Source: Lama glama
Lineage: Eukaryota
Direction of reading: 5' to 3'
DNA: 64,000 bases
Assembly: GCA_028534125.1 (NCBI GenBank)
Contig: CM052817.1
Coordinates: 12,216,001-12,280,000 of the forward strand
Part shown: one piece after another, positions 39,656 through 53,575 of the stretch
Layout of the letters: each line of letters begins with the position of its first letter
Numbering within the stretch: position 1 is the stretch's first letter
Notes under the pieces: generated by a model
The model's input: the letters and a program-made list of their open reading frames with translations, nothing else
The model's database searches: none
Told to the model about the DNA's origin: nothing
Made by a program: the position numbers and the translations under genes

Positions 39656-40949
39656 TTTGTTGAATAAGAATAGTAAATAAATGGAGAAAATGGATCTCAA
39701 CCACTTTCAAAGTCTACTTTCTCTCATTCTTCAAATAGTATCTGAGATATGACTGAAAACAGCCATACTTTTCCACAGCTGTTGCATTTCTGAAAGTGAT
39801 GTAAGGAGTAGAAAGATCTGTCCAATATAATATACATTTATATACACATGTATATAATCTCTCATGTTATATACTATTTGCATACTATATACATTACATA
39901 TACTGTAATATATATTTATGTGTTTATGTATTAATCTTTCTATTTTGACATATAGTATATGTAAGTCTGATTTATATATTTAGAGGTATATTACATTATA
40001 TTATATTATATTACATATAATCTTTTTAATCCCACTTCTGATACTACTGCTAAATTTCATATCAGTATGTAGAGAGAACAAATATTTTGAAATTTGAGTG
40101 TCTAGATTGTGATTGTATTTGTATTAGCTGCCTGATGTTCTTACAGTACTTGGTTTAGAGAGTGTTTGCTTCATCAGATTTTGGGGATACTATTTCATCT
40201 GGGCCAAAATAGTCTCTTCAGAGGAGCACGTTTTGACCTGCTAATGTAGGATGGGGAGGCAAAGTCCCAGTGGAGTCCAAATGTAAAGTAGGTGGGGTGG
40301 TGTTGGAAGAGTTTACTGTGTAATTTTCCTGGCTCATACTGTCACTCAGTGTGAACTTCCATGTCATTTTTCTGGTTGGTTTATTTAAATGCAGTTCTTC
40401 CCAAAAAGAAGGTGATGAAAAACTGAAAATTTTGATCACCTTTAGTGATATATACAAGAAAGCAATCCAAAGGACCATCAGATGTGTTCAGATGCACTCA
40501 GTTCCAATTAGGGACAGGCTTGGCCAAATTACAAATTGAAAGAGGCATCTAGATGTGGTAGAAAGAACATGGGTTTGGGAACTTAACAGAGATGCGTTTG
40601 ATTCTTAACTCCACCACTTGCTAGCTAAACTCTGAAGTTTTAGATTTCTGAGCTTCCTCACTTATGCTTGGAGATCTCTGTATTATCCCTCTGAACCTCA
40701 CTTTCTATACAGGGTAATTATACCTCCTTTTTGTTGAGTATTGAATGAAGTACTGCTATAGAATTCAATCAACCAATTTGCCTCAGTTTTTTTTTGTAAT
40801 GATTTCGTATTTTTAAGTGATATAGATTCTTCCCCTAATGTAGTGTCAATTAGAATTGTCAAATCTTAACCCAAGTATTGATGAGGTCAAAACAGTATAT
40901 GTTTTAGAAATAAGGTTAAGTGGATTTGAATTTTAGGCCTTTTAAAATT

Positions 40950-41310
40950 TTGAGTTTATTACTTTTTAGAGCAGTTTTCAGTTCACAGCAAAGTTGAGGG
41001 GAAGTACAGAGAATTCCCATATACTCCCCTGCTCCCACACATGCAGAGGCCCCCCTGTTATCAACAGCCCATACAGAGAAGTACATGTGTTAGTTGATGA
41101 ACCCACATTGACACATCATAATCACCCAAAGTCCATAGTTTATATTTAACTCATGGTGTTGCACACTTAATGGATTTGAACAAAGGTAGAATGACAAGTA
41201 TCCACCATAATGGTGTCATAAAAAGCATTTTCACTGCCCTAAAACGTCACTGTGCTCTGCTATTCAAATTCCACCCGTACCCCACCAATCTCTTGCAGAT
41301 ACTGATTTTT
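40950..41310 (-). mobile_element. Old L1 (L1MC1/2-like) 3' end
   Basis: TTTTTAGAGCAGTTTTCAGTTCACAGCAAAGTTGAG..GATGAACCCACATTGACACATCATAATCACCCAAAGTCCATAGTTTA. Confidence 0.85.
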
Positions 41311-44300
41311 TCTTGAAACAAAGAAAATGAATTGCTAAGTCACTGATCTCATGGTGTCGAAGCTTTGGGCTTTTGCATCTTTTTCCTTCTGCCCTAGAAT
41401 ATTCTTCTTCCCTTTCTTTTTAACCTAGTAAACCTTTATTATTTTTCTTTGTTAAGACCCTTCTAAAGTATCACAGGTCTAGAATATTACCCATCTCCTC
41501 TAATATAAATATGATGAGGAACTAACATCTTGGGGAATATATTCTATCAGAAGCCATTTCAGCCGTGTGCATAGACTATTCTTTTTAATTCTTCCAACAC
41601 CCTGTATTTTGATTATCTCCATGAGATTGGAGATGTAAAGTGATGAACACACGATCACTTACTTCATTCGTAGGTGACAGAGAGGTAGAGGGTCTGGGAT
41701 TCTAACTTGTAGGTTTATATAACCCTAAACTTTCAAGCAGATTTCCTTTTTTTCCCTCCTATCTTTTGCTGCTTCCAGAGGACTTTGTACTCATCTTCCT
41801 TCTAATACTTATGCAAATTCTGTAGAATCATTTTCACATACTCATCTTCCCTATTAAGCTACGAATATCTCAAAGTCAAGGGCCTTAGTTTGCTGATCAC
41901 TGCATCCCAGCTCCTACAGTACTCTTTGGCAGGTACTAGAAATACAGTCAGTGCTTCGGTTAACATATGTTCAAATATTGACATCCTGTTTCCAAACAAT
42001 TAATCTGTCGTACAATGGAGTTATTAGCCAAATGATGCTTTGCAGAATGCAGTCCTTCCTGTGTCATTCAGAAGATTCTATAGAACAAATAAGAGCTTTA
42101 GGAGAAATACATTATTAGGAATATCTGTTATCAACAGCCAGTAAGAATAAACACATGCTTTATTTAAGGTAATACCTTTCCTGTAACTGTCTATAAATTT
42201 CCAAGTAATCTAGTGATAGTCACATTTCTTGACAGCTGTCAGTATTTGAAATCTCGGTCTGGACCACGCAGACTTATGCACGTTATTCATTACTTTCCCC
42301 AGTGCAGTATTTGTAGAGAGATCAATGAAAAGATGGTTTGTGGGATTTACATAAATAAGTGTTAAAAGATTCTACATATTCCAGTATCCTATTATTACAG
42401 AGAAAATTAATTAAATCAGGTTAATAAGGAGCCATATTTTTCTATTAATGCCAGCAATTTAAAACTTTAAAAATAACACCTTTTCAACCAAATATAGAAT
42501 AAGCAAAATTTACTGACCTCATTTGATTGGTTATCTATTTTTGTAAGTCCCCGAAGTAGCAGACAATTACTCTTGTCAGTTTTTGTTACAGTCTTGGAAA
42601 GATCTTGGGCAACCCTTTTTCATTTTTTCTTTCTTCGTCATGTTTAACTGCAGACAACAAGGACAGTTCACAAGCATATGCCAAAGACATCAATCGCTTT
42701 TTAATGAGGCCATAACCCTGAGTAGGTCATGGAATATTAAAAATAAATCAACATATTGCTGTCACTGGGGATTGAACTCTCTTGGCTGAAGGGTATCGAT
42801 GAGGAAACACAATACCAGGACACAATACACTGCACTGCCTACATTTCAAAAGGCAGTTAATTAGCAGAAGCTATATGAATGACCCTTGCCCATGTCCTTG
42901 GTGCACTCAAGTTATGTCTGTGTCAGTGTGAGAACTGTGCACTGCTCTTCTCAATAGAGGGCCAATTGGCTGAGACACATGACCAGGCTTTATCTACACA
43001 GTCAATTGTGAGAATTAAAAGGTCAGTCATTCAATAGGGAAGATTTCCCTTTTAGTGGCCCTGTCTGGCAAGGAGATTATCCTCTTGAATGAGCAAGAAT
43101 GAGAACAATGGTTTGTGAAGACCCAGACACAATCAAAGAAAAATCTGAGGGGAAGAGGGAGTTGAATGAGAAGATAGGGTGTTACTATAATGACATTTAG
43201 GCTCTTCATCTATCCCAGTACACTCATCCTCCACTGCTCACTACCACATTGTTAATGCAGAAGCAAGGTGGAGCCCCCTTATCTTCCTGTTTACATCTGC
43301 AGTCATTGTGCATGTTTTCGCTTCACCTGGGATGATCTTTGTTGCCTATCCTTCTGGATAATGCCTATTTGTTATTCTAGCCTCAGCTCATGTGCCACCA
43401 CTTCTCTGAAGACGCCTAGACTCTTATAAGCAAGGAGCTGTCTCTGGGAAGCACCTTCTTAGGCAGGGATTTCATTTTCCAGATTTCTTATCATCTAGGC
43501 AAAATCCTTCATTTAGCTTTTGCTGTGGTCTGTGGATGGAAACGGCATGCCTCACTTTCCAGCTGAGATGTTTAAGAAGTGATTGTGTCCTCTTCTGCCT
43601 CTCTTCCCACATCCTGAAGCTGAACACAGATATTTGATAACTCTGAAAGATAGCTGAGGAAGAAGATGGCTGAGTAACACAGGGAAGAAAACCACCTTTT
43701 GGCCATATGGAACATCTGTATTGAAATTTGGAATTCATTAGCCAACTATGATTTCTCTTAATAATGAAATATCCAAGAATAGTTTAACTTATTGACTCTC
43801 TGCCATGGAACTTACATTTTGAAACTCTAATTATAGTATAATAAAAATCACTATTTGCACATCTTTCCTAGTGGACTTAGGAAAAATGCCTTGTCACCTT
43901 TTTAGCTTTGCTGCCTAGTAAACTGGTCACACAATGATGGGAATGCAATAAAATAAGATGAATGAATGATAATCTCAAAACTACTCTTTAATGAGTACCT
44001 TCTTTGCAAAGTAATACATGTCATTTATCTCCTTTAATCTGCAACATCTGTATAATGAGTATTAATACCTTTGTTTTCCAGAAGATTATAATCTTTTATT
44101 CGTTCATTGAGTGTATGTTGATTCCTCAATCCTGTATCACAGATTTTGCAAGGAACTAGAGAAAATACTGTGAAAATACAGACTTTTTTGTTCTTTTAAT
44201 GTCTATAGTTAGTGTAGTGCATTTGTTTCCAAATGTTATCTTCTATGTCACTGTGGAAGCTTTTGAAAAAATGGATCCCAACTGGTCTATAGGTCCAGAA

Positions 44301-44979
44301 TCCCAAGGACAGTCACACAGCCTAGTAGAGCTGGAATGTTAACCAGATTTTTCTACTCCCAAACCAGTGCTTTTTCTGAATTAAAGAATCATCAGATTGT
44401 TTTTTGTTCCATGAATAGTATTGACAGTGAGATCAGTGGGCTAGGCTTGCTTTGACTGTCATAATTTTGTTAATTGTTAAGAGGAGACATAAGGTAATAT
44501 AACCTTTCAGTTCATTGAGATTTGTCAAGAAACTGAATCACAATTGTTCTGATCGTTTGGCTACTTTGGAAGAACAGCTAGGTGTTCTTTACCAATGATC
44601 TAGCCCTCTCTCCTTAGTCATGGTCCTAGAGCTAGAAGGGAAACCAGAGAAAGAGTTTAAGTAATTTCTCCAAAGGTAGAGCAGGCATTTGAACCCTGAA
44701 CTCTTCAGTACTATACAATAAAAGAAACCACATTTCACCCCTTTTAATAATGGAAAAGCTATCCTTCCCCATTGTTTTACACTGAGAAATTTGTATTCTT
44801 CCAAATATATTAAGGTTTTATGATGAGGAGCAGTCTAAAAAACACAATCTCTTTCTAGATTTAATTAAAAAATTAACTTTCTTAGTACAGCATTAGGAAT
44901 ACCAGCTATCAGATGTCTTATGAATAGGGAGACATTTCTGGCCAATGCCAGAATACAGCATGAGTTAAAGGATAGTTAC

Positions 44980-45387
44980 TGCATTAGTTTGTTAGTATTG
45001 CCCTAAGGGAATGCCACAGATTGGGTGGCTTAAACAATAATATTTTATTTTGTTCACATTTTGGGAAGCAACTTCAAGGTGTTGGCAGGTTTAGTTTCTT
45101 CTGAGACCTGGGCTCTTAGTTTGTAGATGACCCTCATCACTACGTCCTCAAAAAGTGCTAGGTCTTTTTTCTGCATATGTGCACTCTGATGCCTTTCTGT
45201 GAGTCCAAATTTCTTCTTCTTATAGTGGCACCGGTCATGTTGGATTAAGGCACATCTTGATGATCTCATTTTAACCTAATCACCCCTTTAAAGGTTCTGT
45301 CTCCAAATATAGTCATATTCTGAAGAACTGAGAGTTAGAGTTCAACAATGAGTTGGGGGTGGTGCTGATCATAATCATCCCATAACA
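44980..45387 (-). mobile_element. MaLR solo LTR (MLT1B/C-like)
   Basis: TGCATTAGTTT..GGGTGGCTTAAACAA..CAAGGTGTTGGCAGG..TCTCCAAATATAGTCATATTCTGA..CCCATAACA. 5-bp flanks GTTAC / GTTGC. Confidence 0.87.
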
Positions 45388-46100
45388 GTTGCTGAGTGGT
45401 ATTGAGTAAAAAAAATGTTATATCCATGATGATGCCGTAACATTATTATCATTGAAATAAACTATGTTTTTTTTCTGCGAGTGGCTCCAAAATGCATGAA
45501 GTCATTGTCATATATTGATATACTGAAATGAGTCCTTGATGCATTTGTCTCAGTGTCTACTGAAACAGTCTATTATCTAATTGCATTCTTTCTGGGTAAA
45601 TGAACTTTTACAGAAGATTTATATGCCTACCAAAATAATGATGGTATAAAGTCAAATTTCTGTCTTGCCCAGGTATATGCAACCTTATAATTCTATCCAT
45701 ATACCCATGTAACAATCTTACCCTTGCTTGGAGTCTGAAGTTCAATTGCTCAATAGTAAAAATTCACAGTACAAGGTCAATCATTATGGATGATACTAGC
45801 TTGGAGCTAAGCCTCCTCCTTGTCTTTGTTTGCGTGTCAGCTGGATTTCTCTGTGAGTGTAAACCCCATCAATATCCATCCAAGGAAACTGGCTTGAAGA
45901 ATAATTGAGAGTACACATGGGCAATGATCAAACAAAGGTTTTTGTTCTTTCAGAATGCATTTCAGGAAATGTACAGTAAACGCCCTCGTTCAGCAGTTAA
46001 ATGCAAATGTTGTACAGTAGGGTAGACTGCAGATATGGACTCTCTTATCAAATGTCAGTAAAGGTAGTTGTAATAGTTGCTGTTCTCCAGGAGAAACAAT

Positions 46101-46600
46101 NNNNNNNNNNNNNNNNNNNNNNNNNNNNNNNNNNNNNNNNNNNNNNNNNNNNNNNNNNNNNNNNNNNNNNNNNNNNNNNNNNNNNNNNNNNNNNNNNNNN
46201 NNNNNNNNNNNNNNNNNNNNNNNNNNNNNNNNNNNNNNNNNNNNNNNNNNNNNNNNNNNNNNNNNNNNNNNNNNNNNNNNNNNNNNNNNNNNNNNNNNNN
46301 NNNNNNNNNNNNNNNNNNNNNNNNNNNNNNNNNNNNNNNNNNNNNNNNNNNNNNNNNNNNNNNNNNNNNNNNNNNNNNNNNNNNNNNNNNNNNNNNNNNN
46401 NNNNNNNNNNNNNNNNNNNNNNNNNNNNNNNNNNNNNNNNNNNNNNNNNNNNNNNNNNNNNNNNNNNNNNNNNNNNNNNNNNNNNNNNNNNNNNNNNNNN
46501 NNNNNNNNNNNNNNNNNNNNNNNNNNNNNNNNNNNNNNNNNNNNNNNNNNNNNNNNNNNNNNNNNNNNNNNNNNNNNNNNNNNNNNNNNNNNNNNNNNNN
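46101..46600. other. Assembly gap (500 N)
   Basis: Run of N; the round length suggests a placeholder size. Confidence 1.
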
Positions 46601-47151
46601 GAATTTTCCTTGAAAGTTCAAGTGCCTCTTGGTTACAAATAAACCGAAAACATTTAACCTGAACACTTTTGGAACAAAAGAATGACAAATTGACTTTCCT
46701 CCTGAAAATAAACAAAACCAAAACTATGTTTCATCATATCCATAAAGAAAGAAGATAAATACAGAGAAAAAAATACACTGACACATATTTACAACACAGA
46801 AATCATAATCCACGCTTACTCTTCCCCATGAAGGGAAATGTATATATGTTTCTTTCTCCTTTATCTATTTATTACTGGAACAATTTACTCATGATTTTTC
46901 ATGTACTTTCACAAATTCCTCATTTCTAGGGGAAACCTCTATTTATCTGTCTCTGACTGTAAAACTCTTGACATCCTCTTTATGCCTAACTTCATAAACT
47001 ATGACCATATTTCCCAAATAATATGACTCTTTGACATTTGACTTTGCCATTTATCTTCTTTGACATTTTCTTTGATTTATACATTTTCTTTTTTGTTATC
47101 CATTCTGAAACTACTCTTAAGAAGACCAGATTTCTCTTATGAATGGATTCT

Positions 47152-47222
47152 TTTTTTATTGAAGTATACTCAGTCATAATATGTCAATTTCTGATGTACA
47201 GCATAATGTTCCACTCATGCAC

Positions 47223-47253
<31 letters not shown>

Positions 47254-47930
47254 TTCACTTTCATATTTTTTTCATTAAAGATTATAAAATACTGAATATA
47301 GTTTCCTGGGCTATTTAGAAGAAATTGGGTTTTTTAAATCTATTTTTATATATAATGTTTAACATTTGCAAATCTCAAACTCCCAAGTTTATCCCTTCCC
47401 ACCCCTTTGCCCTCGGCAATCATAAGATTGTTTACTCTGTCTGCAAGTCTGTTTCTGTTTTGTTGATGAGTTCATTTGTGTCCTCTTTTTTCTTTCCTTT
47501 TTTTTTTAGATTCCACATACAAGTGATATAATGTTTTTTTTTTTTCTTTTTCTGGCTTACTTCACTTAGAATAATAATCTTCAGGTCCATCCATGTTGCT
47601 GCAAGTGACATAGTTTTATTCTTTTTTATGGTTGAGTAGTATTCCTTTGAAAGAACAAAAACCTTTGTTTGATCATTGCCCATGTGTACTCTCAATTATT
47701 CTTCAAGAAGTTATGCCATAACTTCTTTATCCAGTCATCTGTTGATGGATATCTAGGCTGCTTCCATGTTTTGGGTCTTGGTTATTGTATATAGTGTTAC
47801 TATGAACACTGGGGTGCATGTATCTTTTTGAATTAGTCTTCCCTCTGGATATGTGCCCAGGAGTGGAATTGCTGGATCATATGGTAAGTCTATTTTTAGT
47901 TTTCTGAGGAATCTCCATACTGTTTTCCTC
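47152..47930 (-). mobile_element. 5'-truncated L1 3' end with TSD, carrying a foreign insert at 47648-47716
   Basis: ORF 47432-47695 gives EYYSTIKKNKTMSLAATWMDLKIIILSEVSQ (L1 ORF2 C-terminus). Poly(T) at 47151. TSD ATGAATGGATTCT at 47139-47151 and 47931-47943. Confidence 0.93.
47648..47707 (-). repeat. 60-bp perfect inverted copy of 45893-45952
   Basis: TGAAAGAACAAAAACC...ATTATTCTTCAAG is the exact reverse complement of CTTGAAGAATAATT...TTTGTTCTTTCA. Confidence 0.97.
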
Positions 47931-48294
47931 ATGAATGGATTCTAATCCTAATCATTCAGTGATCTTCCTGTTTTTAATGTCTCCCATTTGCCTATCCTAC
48001 TTACTGTCCCAAATAAATTCCCAAATCAATCCTTTTTCACCTCTTTGCTCAGAAGCCTGTTCTTTCCCCAAGCTTGCTCCACCTATAGTCACCCAATAAT
48101 TTATTTGGTAGCAATTCTCACCCACCTTTCTATTATTTGAGTAAAACATTGCATAGTCAACCTTAATTCTTGCCTTTCTCAAGTTCACTTATACATCAAT
48201 CACTCAGATGATCCAATGAAACTCCAACTATTCTCACTCCTCTGTTACTTCCCTATGGATTAAGCAATAGCCTCTGCTTTATTTATCTATAACT

Positions 48295-48812
48295 GCATAG
48301 ATTAGTCCAAATTACTCTAAACCTTTTTTTGTGTCTGTGATTTAAAACAATGTATTACTTTTCTCCATTGTGCTCTGGGTTGAGTGATTTTCACTTTAGG
48401 TCTTTCATGCATTCACAGTCTGATGACACATGTGACTGAATGTCCAAGATCATTTACTCACTTGGCTGGCAGTTGATACTGCCTATTGACTAGAGCTCAA
48501 TTGTGTCTGTCAGCTGGACCATCTACATATAGACTTTCAATGTAGCTTGTGTTTCTTACAGCATTGGAACTAAGTTCTAAACTGGAGCTTCTCAGTTATG
48601 AACATCAGGAAAATTAGTTCAAAGCTGTGGGATTTATGAAGTCTTTCTGTTACTCCCATATCATTTTGTTACTCAGGCAAGTCACTAAGTCTATCCTAGA
48701 TTCAAGGGAAGAGGGATGAATGAGCCTCCAACTTTCATGCTGAGAAGCAGCAAGTGCATAACCCAGGGAGAGAAGGAATTGATGAAGATCATCGTGGGGA
48801 CTCTGGACCATA
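48295..48812 (-). mobile_element. Old MaLR LTR (MLT1G/H-like)
   Basis: GTGATTTAAAACAA..TTGGCTGGCAGTTGATACTG..CAAGTCACTAAG..CTAGATTCAAGGGAAG. Confidence 0.65.
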
Positions 48813-48849
48813 GGCTCTTGTTTTTGCTTCCATCTTTGTCACCCTTCAC

Positions 48850-49235
48850 TTAATTATTGCTGAATCGGCAGGAGTATTTCTTTATAAATGTATGTCAGAA
48901 TATGTTAGTCCTCTGCTCAGAACGCTATAATAGCTCCCCATATAATTCAGAGTAAAAGCCAAAGCCCTTACAGTGACCTACAAAACCCTACACAATTTGG
49001 CTCTCTGTTACCCCTTTAAACTTAGTTTCTATAACCATTTCCATTGCTACTCTGCTTTAGCCACACTGGTTTCCTCAAACACTCCAGGCATATTCCTGAC
49101 CTAGGGCATTTGCACTGGTTGTTCCCATTGCCTAAAATGTTCTTTATTTACTCAGATATCCACATGGTTATATCCTTCACGTGTTACAAGTCTTTGTTCT
49201 GAGCTTCTCAATCAGGTCTAACATGAATATCTAAT
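48850..49235 (+). mobile_element. L2 (L2a-like) fragment
   Basis: CCTCTGCTCAGAAC..CAGAGTAAAAGCCAAAG..CTTACAGTGACCTACAA..CTAGGGCATTTGCACTGG. Confidence 0.82.
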
Positions 49236-52200
49236 TTAGAATTACAACTCCACTCCCGTTTAGAGCTCCTAAGTAAGGTAACTGCTTCATTCGTTTCTGT
49301 TTTGAGAGGGATCTTGATTTGTTGAACAGTCTGGTGCATACTTATTTCTCCACAATCTGTTGGAGATGAGTTTTGGAGAACAATAATCTTGGCATGGATT
49401 TTGGAGAACATTGCCTTATCTGGGAGTGTGTATACCTGGGATGTACATCTTAGACTGTTCCTTCACTGAAGCAGGTCATCAGCATTACCACACTTGAAGA
49501 GGCGTGGGTCTTCTGGAATAACATATTCCATACTAATTATTTTCTTTCCTCCATTCATTTTCTTGTTCTTTTCCTGGTGTAGGAAATGTCTTCCACCCTT
49601 TTCAGCAATTTATCCATATTCAGATATCAGCTTCTAACCCTGCTTCACCTCTTCCATATGGATCCAAACTCCAAACTCTTACTGTAAATATAGTTAATTT
49701 CAGGAGAATATCTTTTAATTCAATGATTTTCAAAGCATGGTCCAGAATGGTTTCTGAAGCTATTTCAAGAAGCCTTTGGTATCAAAATACTTCAAAATAA
49801 AACTGAAAACTTATTTGCTTTTTTCACTCTCTTGCTCTGCAAAAAAGTAGCATTAAACCCATACCTACTGATGAATTAGGTTCTGCAATGCAGCTCAGAA
49901 TGTCATACAATATGGCTTCCAAATAGGATAGAAAGAAGCAAAAAATAACACACTCATGTTTTCCAAATAGAATAAGCAAAAGAAGAAAAAGAATGTGATT
50001 GCAGAACTGGGTTAAAAAGTGTAATTGTGAAGTCAGATAGGAAAAATCTAGTATGACATGTTGAGAAACAGACTACCAAAGTGTTTGTTTCAGTCAAAGG
50101 AATTCCAGCCCTAATTATTAGCACCTAATCATGATGCCTCAGTCTTTGGCTACATTTCCTGGTTGGCCCATTGTCAATGATATATGAGGTGCTAGACTGA
50201 GAACAAAGTTAAGACAAGGTGTCAACTACCACATCTGGAATGGATTGAACCCTCCTTCTAGCCCTATTGTTAACACCCTCTTAACACCTTTCTTTTTATA
50301 CTGCCTAGGCCAGGAAGGGGTAAATTGGTGGGCAGGTAAGACAATACAGCTGGAAGTACTTGTCTATGTGTTCATAACCTTGATGGGAAGGATTATTCCA
50401 TACTATGAATAGATTTAATTTCTGCTAGTGTAGAGAGATTCGTTTGCTTAATTGACAGCTCACTCTCCTTTGGTACACACATTCCCAAATAATTTAAGGA
50501 GACAATTGAGTCAAATTAAATACATTGACTGAGTACTTCTTTTATAGATAGAACAAAAGATCTTATATCAAAATTATCCTGAGAGATTAAACAAAGGTAG
50601 GACTGAGATTTTAAATAACTTTCCAGAAAGGATAATGAAATTATACTTAGGAGGCCACATTTTCTTTTAAAGTTCTCCTTATACATCAACTGTTCATGTT
50701 ATCAAGGCAGCTTGAGTGGTATGAGAAGAGGACAGTATTCTAAAAAGAGAGAAAACCTCTTCACCAACGATGTGCCTAAGTTTCCAGCTGTCCTGGTCCA
50801 GGGTTGTGAAAAATGTAACAGTAGGGACTATGGGAAGAGACCGATTTTTAGACATCCTGAGAGCCAGTAGACACAAATTCAAGTCCAAGTCATGACATTT
50901 ACCAGGCAAAAGTGTCCTGTCTCTTCTGTAGGTGCCATTTTCTTCAAGTGTAAAGTAGGAAGAACTCTAAGCTCCTATGCAGATCTGAAAATCCTATGGC
51001 TTTAAGTAAATACGCACTTTTAAGCCCACGGATGTGGTGGAAATGCCAGCGGCAGGCACTTGTCCTCGAAAGCACATCTGTCTGTGATGAGGGGTCTGTT
51101 TTGAGCTCAGTTGTCACTCTGAGTTCTGACTGTCTCCCAGGCTCTGTCCCTGCAGTCACTCAAAGGACAGACCCACTCAACTGTGCAAAACGAACCAAAG
51201 AGAAGCGACAAGCATGCAGAGGTCTCAGCCACCAACGCATTCTTGCAGGGCATTGCCATCAGCATTTAACCCTTGCAGTCACAAGGGCAACAAACTAAGT
51301 CAATAGAGGCAGATGCATCTACTTAAAAAGACAGCTGGCTGACACTTTTATAGGAGATGCTGAAGGAAAAATAAATTCACTGACCTAAAATGATGGCAGA
51401 ATGGATACCTAAAGGCTCATATATTCTTTGGATACTTATGGTTTTACTATATGCCACTAATACTCAAAATAAGCAAAAAAATAATTGGTATTTACTTCCT
51501 TTGTCTTTCAATAGATTCGTATTAATCAAATGAATTCTTCAAAATTCATTTTGACATAACCTGACTCCATAGAAACTTTATTGCAACTTGGCCTTCCTTT
51601 AAATGTTTGTATGCAATACGTGACTGATATTCTAAATCAGAACCACATACACTTGTGTACCCTAAATCCCCTACAGCCCTCGTTAAAAATGAAAAGTCTC
51701 CTGTCTAATAGCTCCTGAGGCTGTTGAATTTCACAAACTCACCGTTACCCCTTCCTGCATTTTATTTTACTACTTGGTCAACAGGAACTGTTTGCTGCGT
51801 CTGGAGATTTTAGGTTTTATTTATCCAGCGTAAAAGTTGGCACTGAATCCTCAGCTCGATCTGCCACACAGGCTTCATGGGGAGCTTCTGGGTGAAATGA
51901 ACTACTCTGTGAAGGTAATAATACTCTCATGATCTCTTCTTATTAAATTGTCAAGCATGGTGACAGTCTTTATTAACATCTGCTTTTACTCTTTAAGCAG
52001 CCAGCAATAAAACTTTCCTCTTGCCCCCAACACACACATATGAGTTGTTCCTTATTTCTGTTTTCTGATGGGAGGGATTTGCTTTGCTTAGACACACAAA
52101 GCATTATAAATAAATATATATATATCTCTCCTATACACAGCTCTTATCTCTATGTCACACACGTTTATGCACATCCACTGCTGAACATGTCTCCGAATAG

Positions 52201-53575
52201 CAATGGGTGATACTAAGATATTTTTGACAGTTGGCATAGATCGTCCCAGGGAGCTGAGAGTGGATGGAAGCATTTGGGATCCAGAGGTGAAATAATTGGC
52301 ATCCAAAAGTAGCACTAAAGATGTTTTCTTAGATACCCATGATTAGGAACATTTTTCCCCTTCCTTTGCCTTCCAACTCATAGCAGGTTAATGGCATTGT
52401 CTCCATAGGGAAGCTTGTGCCTGCCATCTCAACAGTTGGAAGAATGAGCTTGATTTCCAAGGGAAGCTGCGCAGTAGTACCAAACATAAAGAGCCAGGAG
52501 CCCAGGAATGAGAAACAATTAAGGACCACTTGATTAATGCTTAATGATGCAGAGCAGGCATGCAGCAAAGCTGACTGTGTGTTCTGTCTTGGCCAGCGAT
52601 GCTCGCATAATGCCAGCGTGCTGCTGTAAATGTCTCTCTTCTATAGGCTGTGGATCAAAAAAGGCAGGAGATGAAATTATCTGGGGAACTTTGGTATGAC
52701 ATACTGGAGAAAAACCAGAAAATGAGCAGTGTGGATCGCACTGCCAATCTCAGTGCAGTTTGGGGAAGTTATATACTTCTCATATTTGGTTTCCTGAGCC
52801 TAATTCCTAATAGGCATGGTTAAATCCCACTGAGAATGTCTGTTCCCAAAAATGCATTAAGCATCTCAGTTGGAAGGTCCATAAAGCATTTTCCCGTGCT
52901 TTTTTCTCTATCATACTGCAGTGAAAAAGGCTTATGAATATACTGCACAGGTGCAAGTTGCAGCTGTTGTGGGTAAACTCTGTTCTACTATATTAATTCA
53001 TATCCCACCAGGGGAATTGGAGAATAGTTTATTTCCCATAAAAAGGAAAAAAATTGTCTTCATCAAAGAAGAAAGAAGTTTCTTATCCAGAGTGTAACAT
53101 TGTTTCTGGCCAGAGGGGCTTTTATAAATACAACTTACTAATCTAGTCAAACAATCACAGAAATAAGGAGGAAACTCCTTGGCTTTAAAAATTATTATTT
53201 AAATTTATATGTATGTGTACATATATAGTGTACTGATACATATATGCAAAACCCCCAGAAGCTACATTTTAGTAAATAAGTTTAGTGATCAAGGCTAAGT
53301 AAGCCAGACCCACATAATCAGAGCCTTTTATTGTGCTTAATTCCCGGGACAAAAAAGAGTCAATGACAAAATATAAGTTTTTATTACATATTCATTTTAA
53401 AAAATAGATCATATATCAGGGCATCCTTGCCATAAAAATACGGCTTTATCATCTTTATTTCCTATAGCTTCATGTATAGTTGTGTATGTTTATCACTGAT
53501 GTTCACAACCATGACCTCCAATGTATATATAAGCTTTGAACTATTAAATGAAGATTCACATATGCTCAGTCTGGT

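Noticed and set aside
45990..46721. Four long ORFs (178-243 aa)
   Set aside because: Artefacts of reading through the 500-N gap.
49370..49410. Short direct repeat TTTTGGAGAACA x2
   Set aside because: Only 12 bp with nothing recognisable between the copies.
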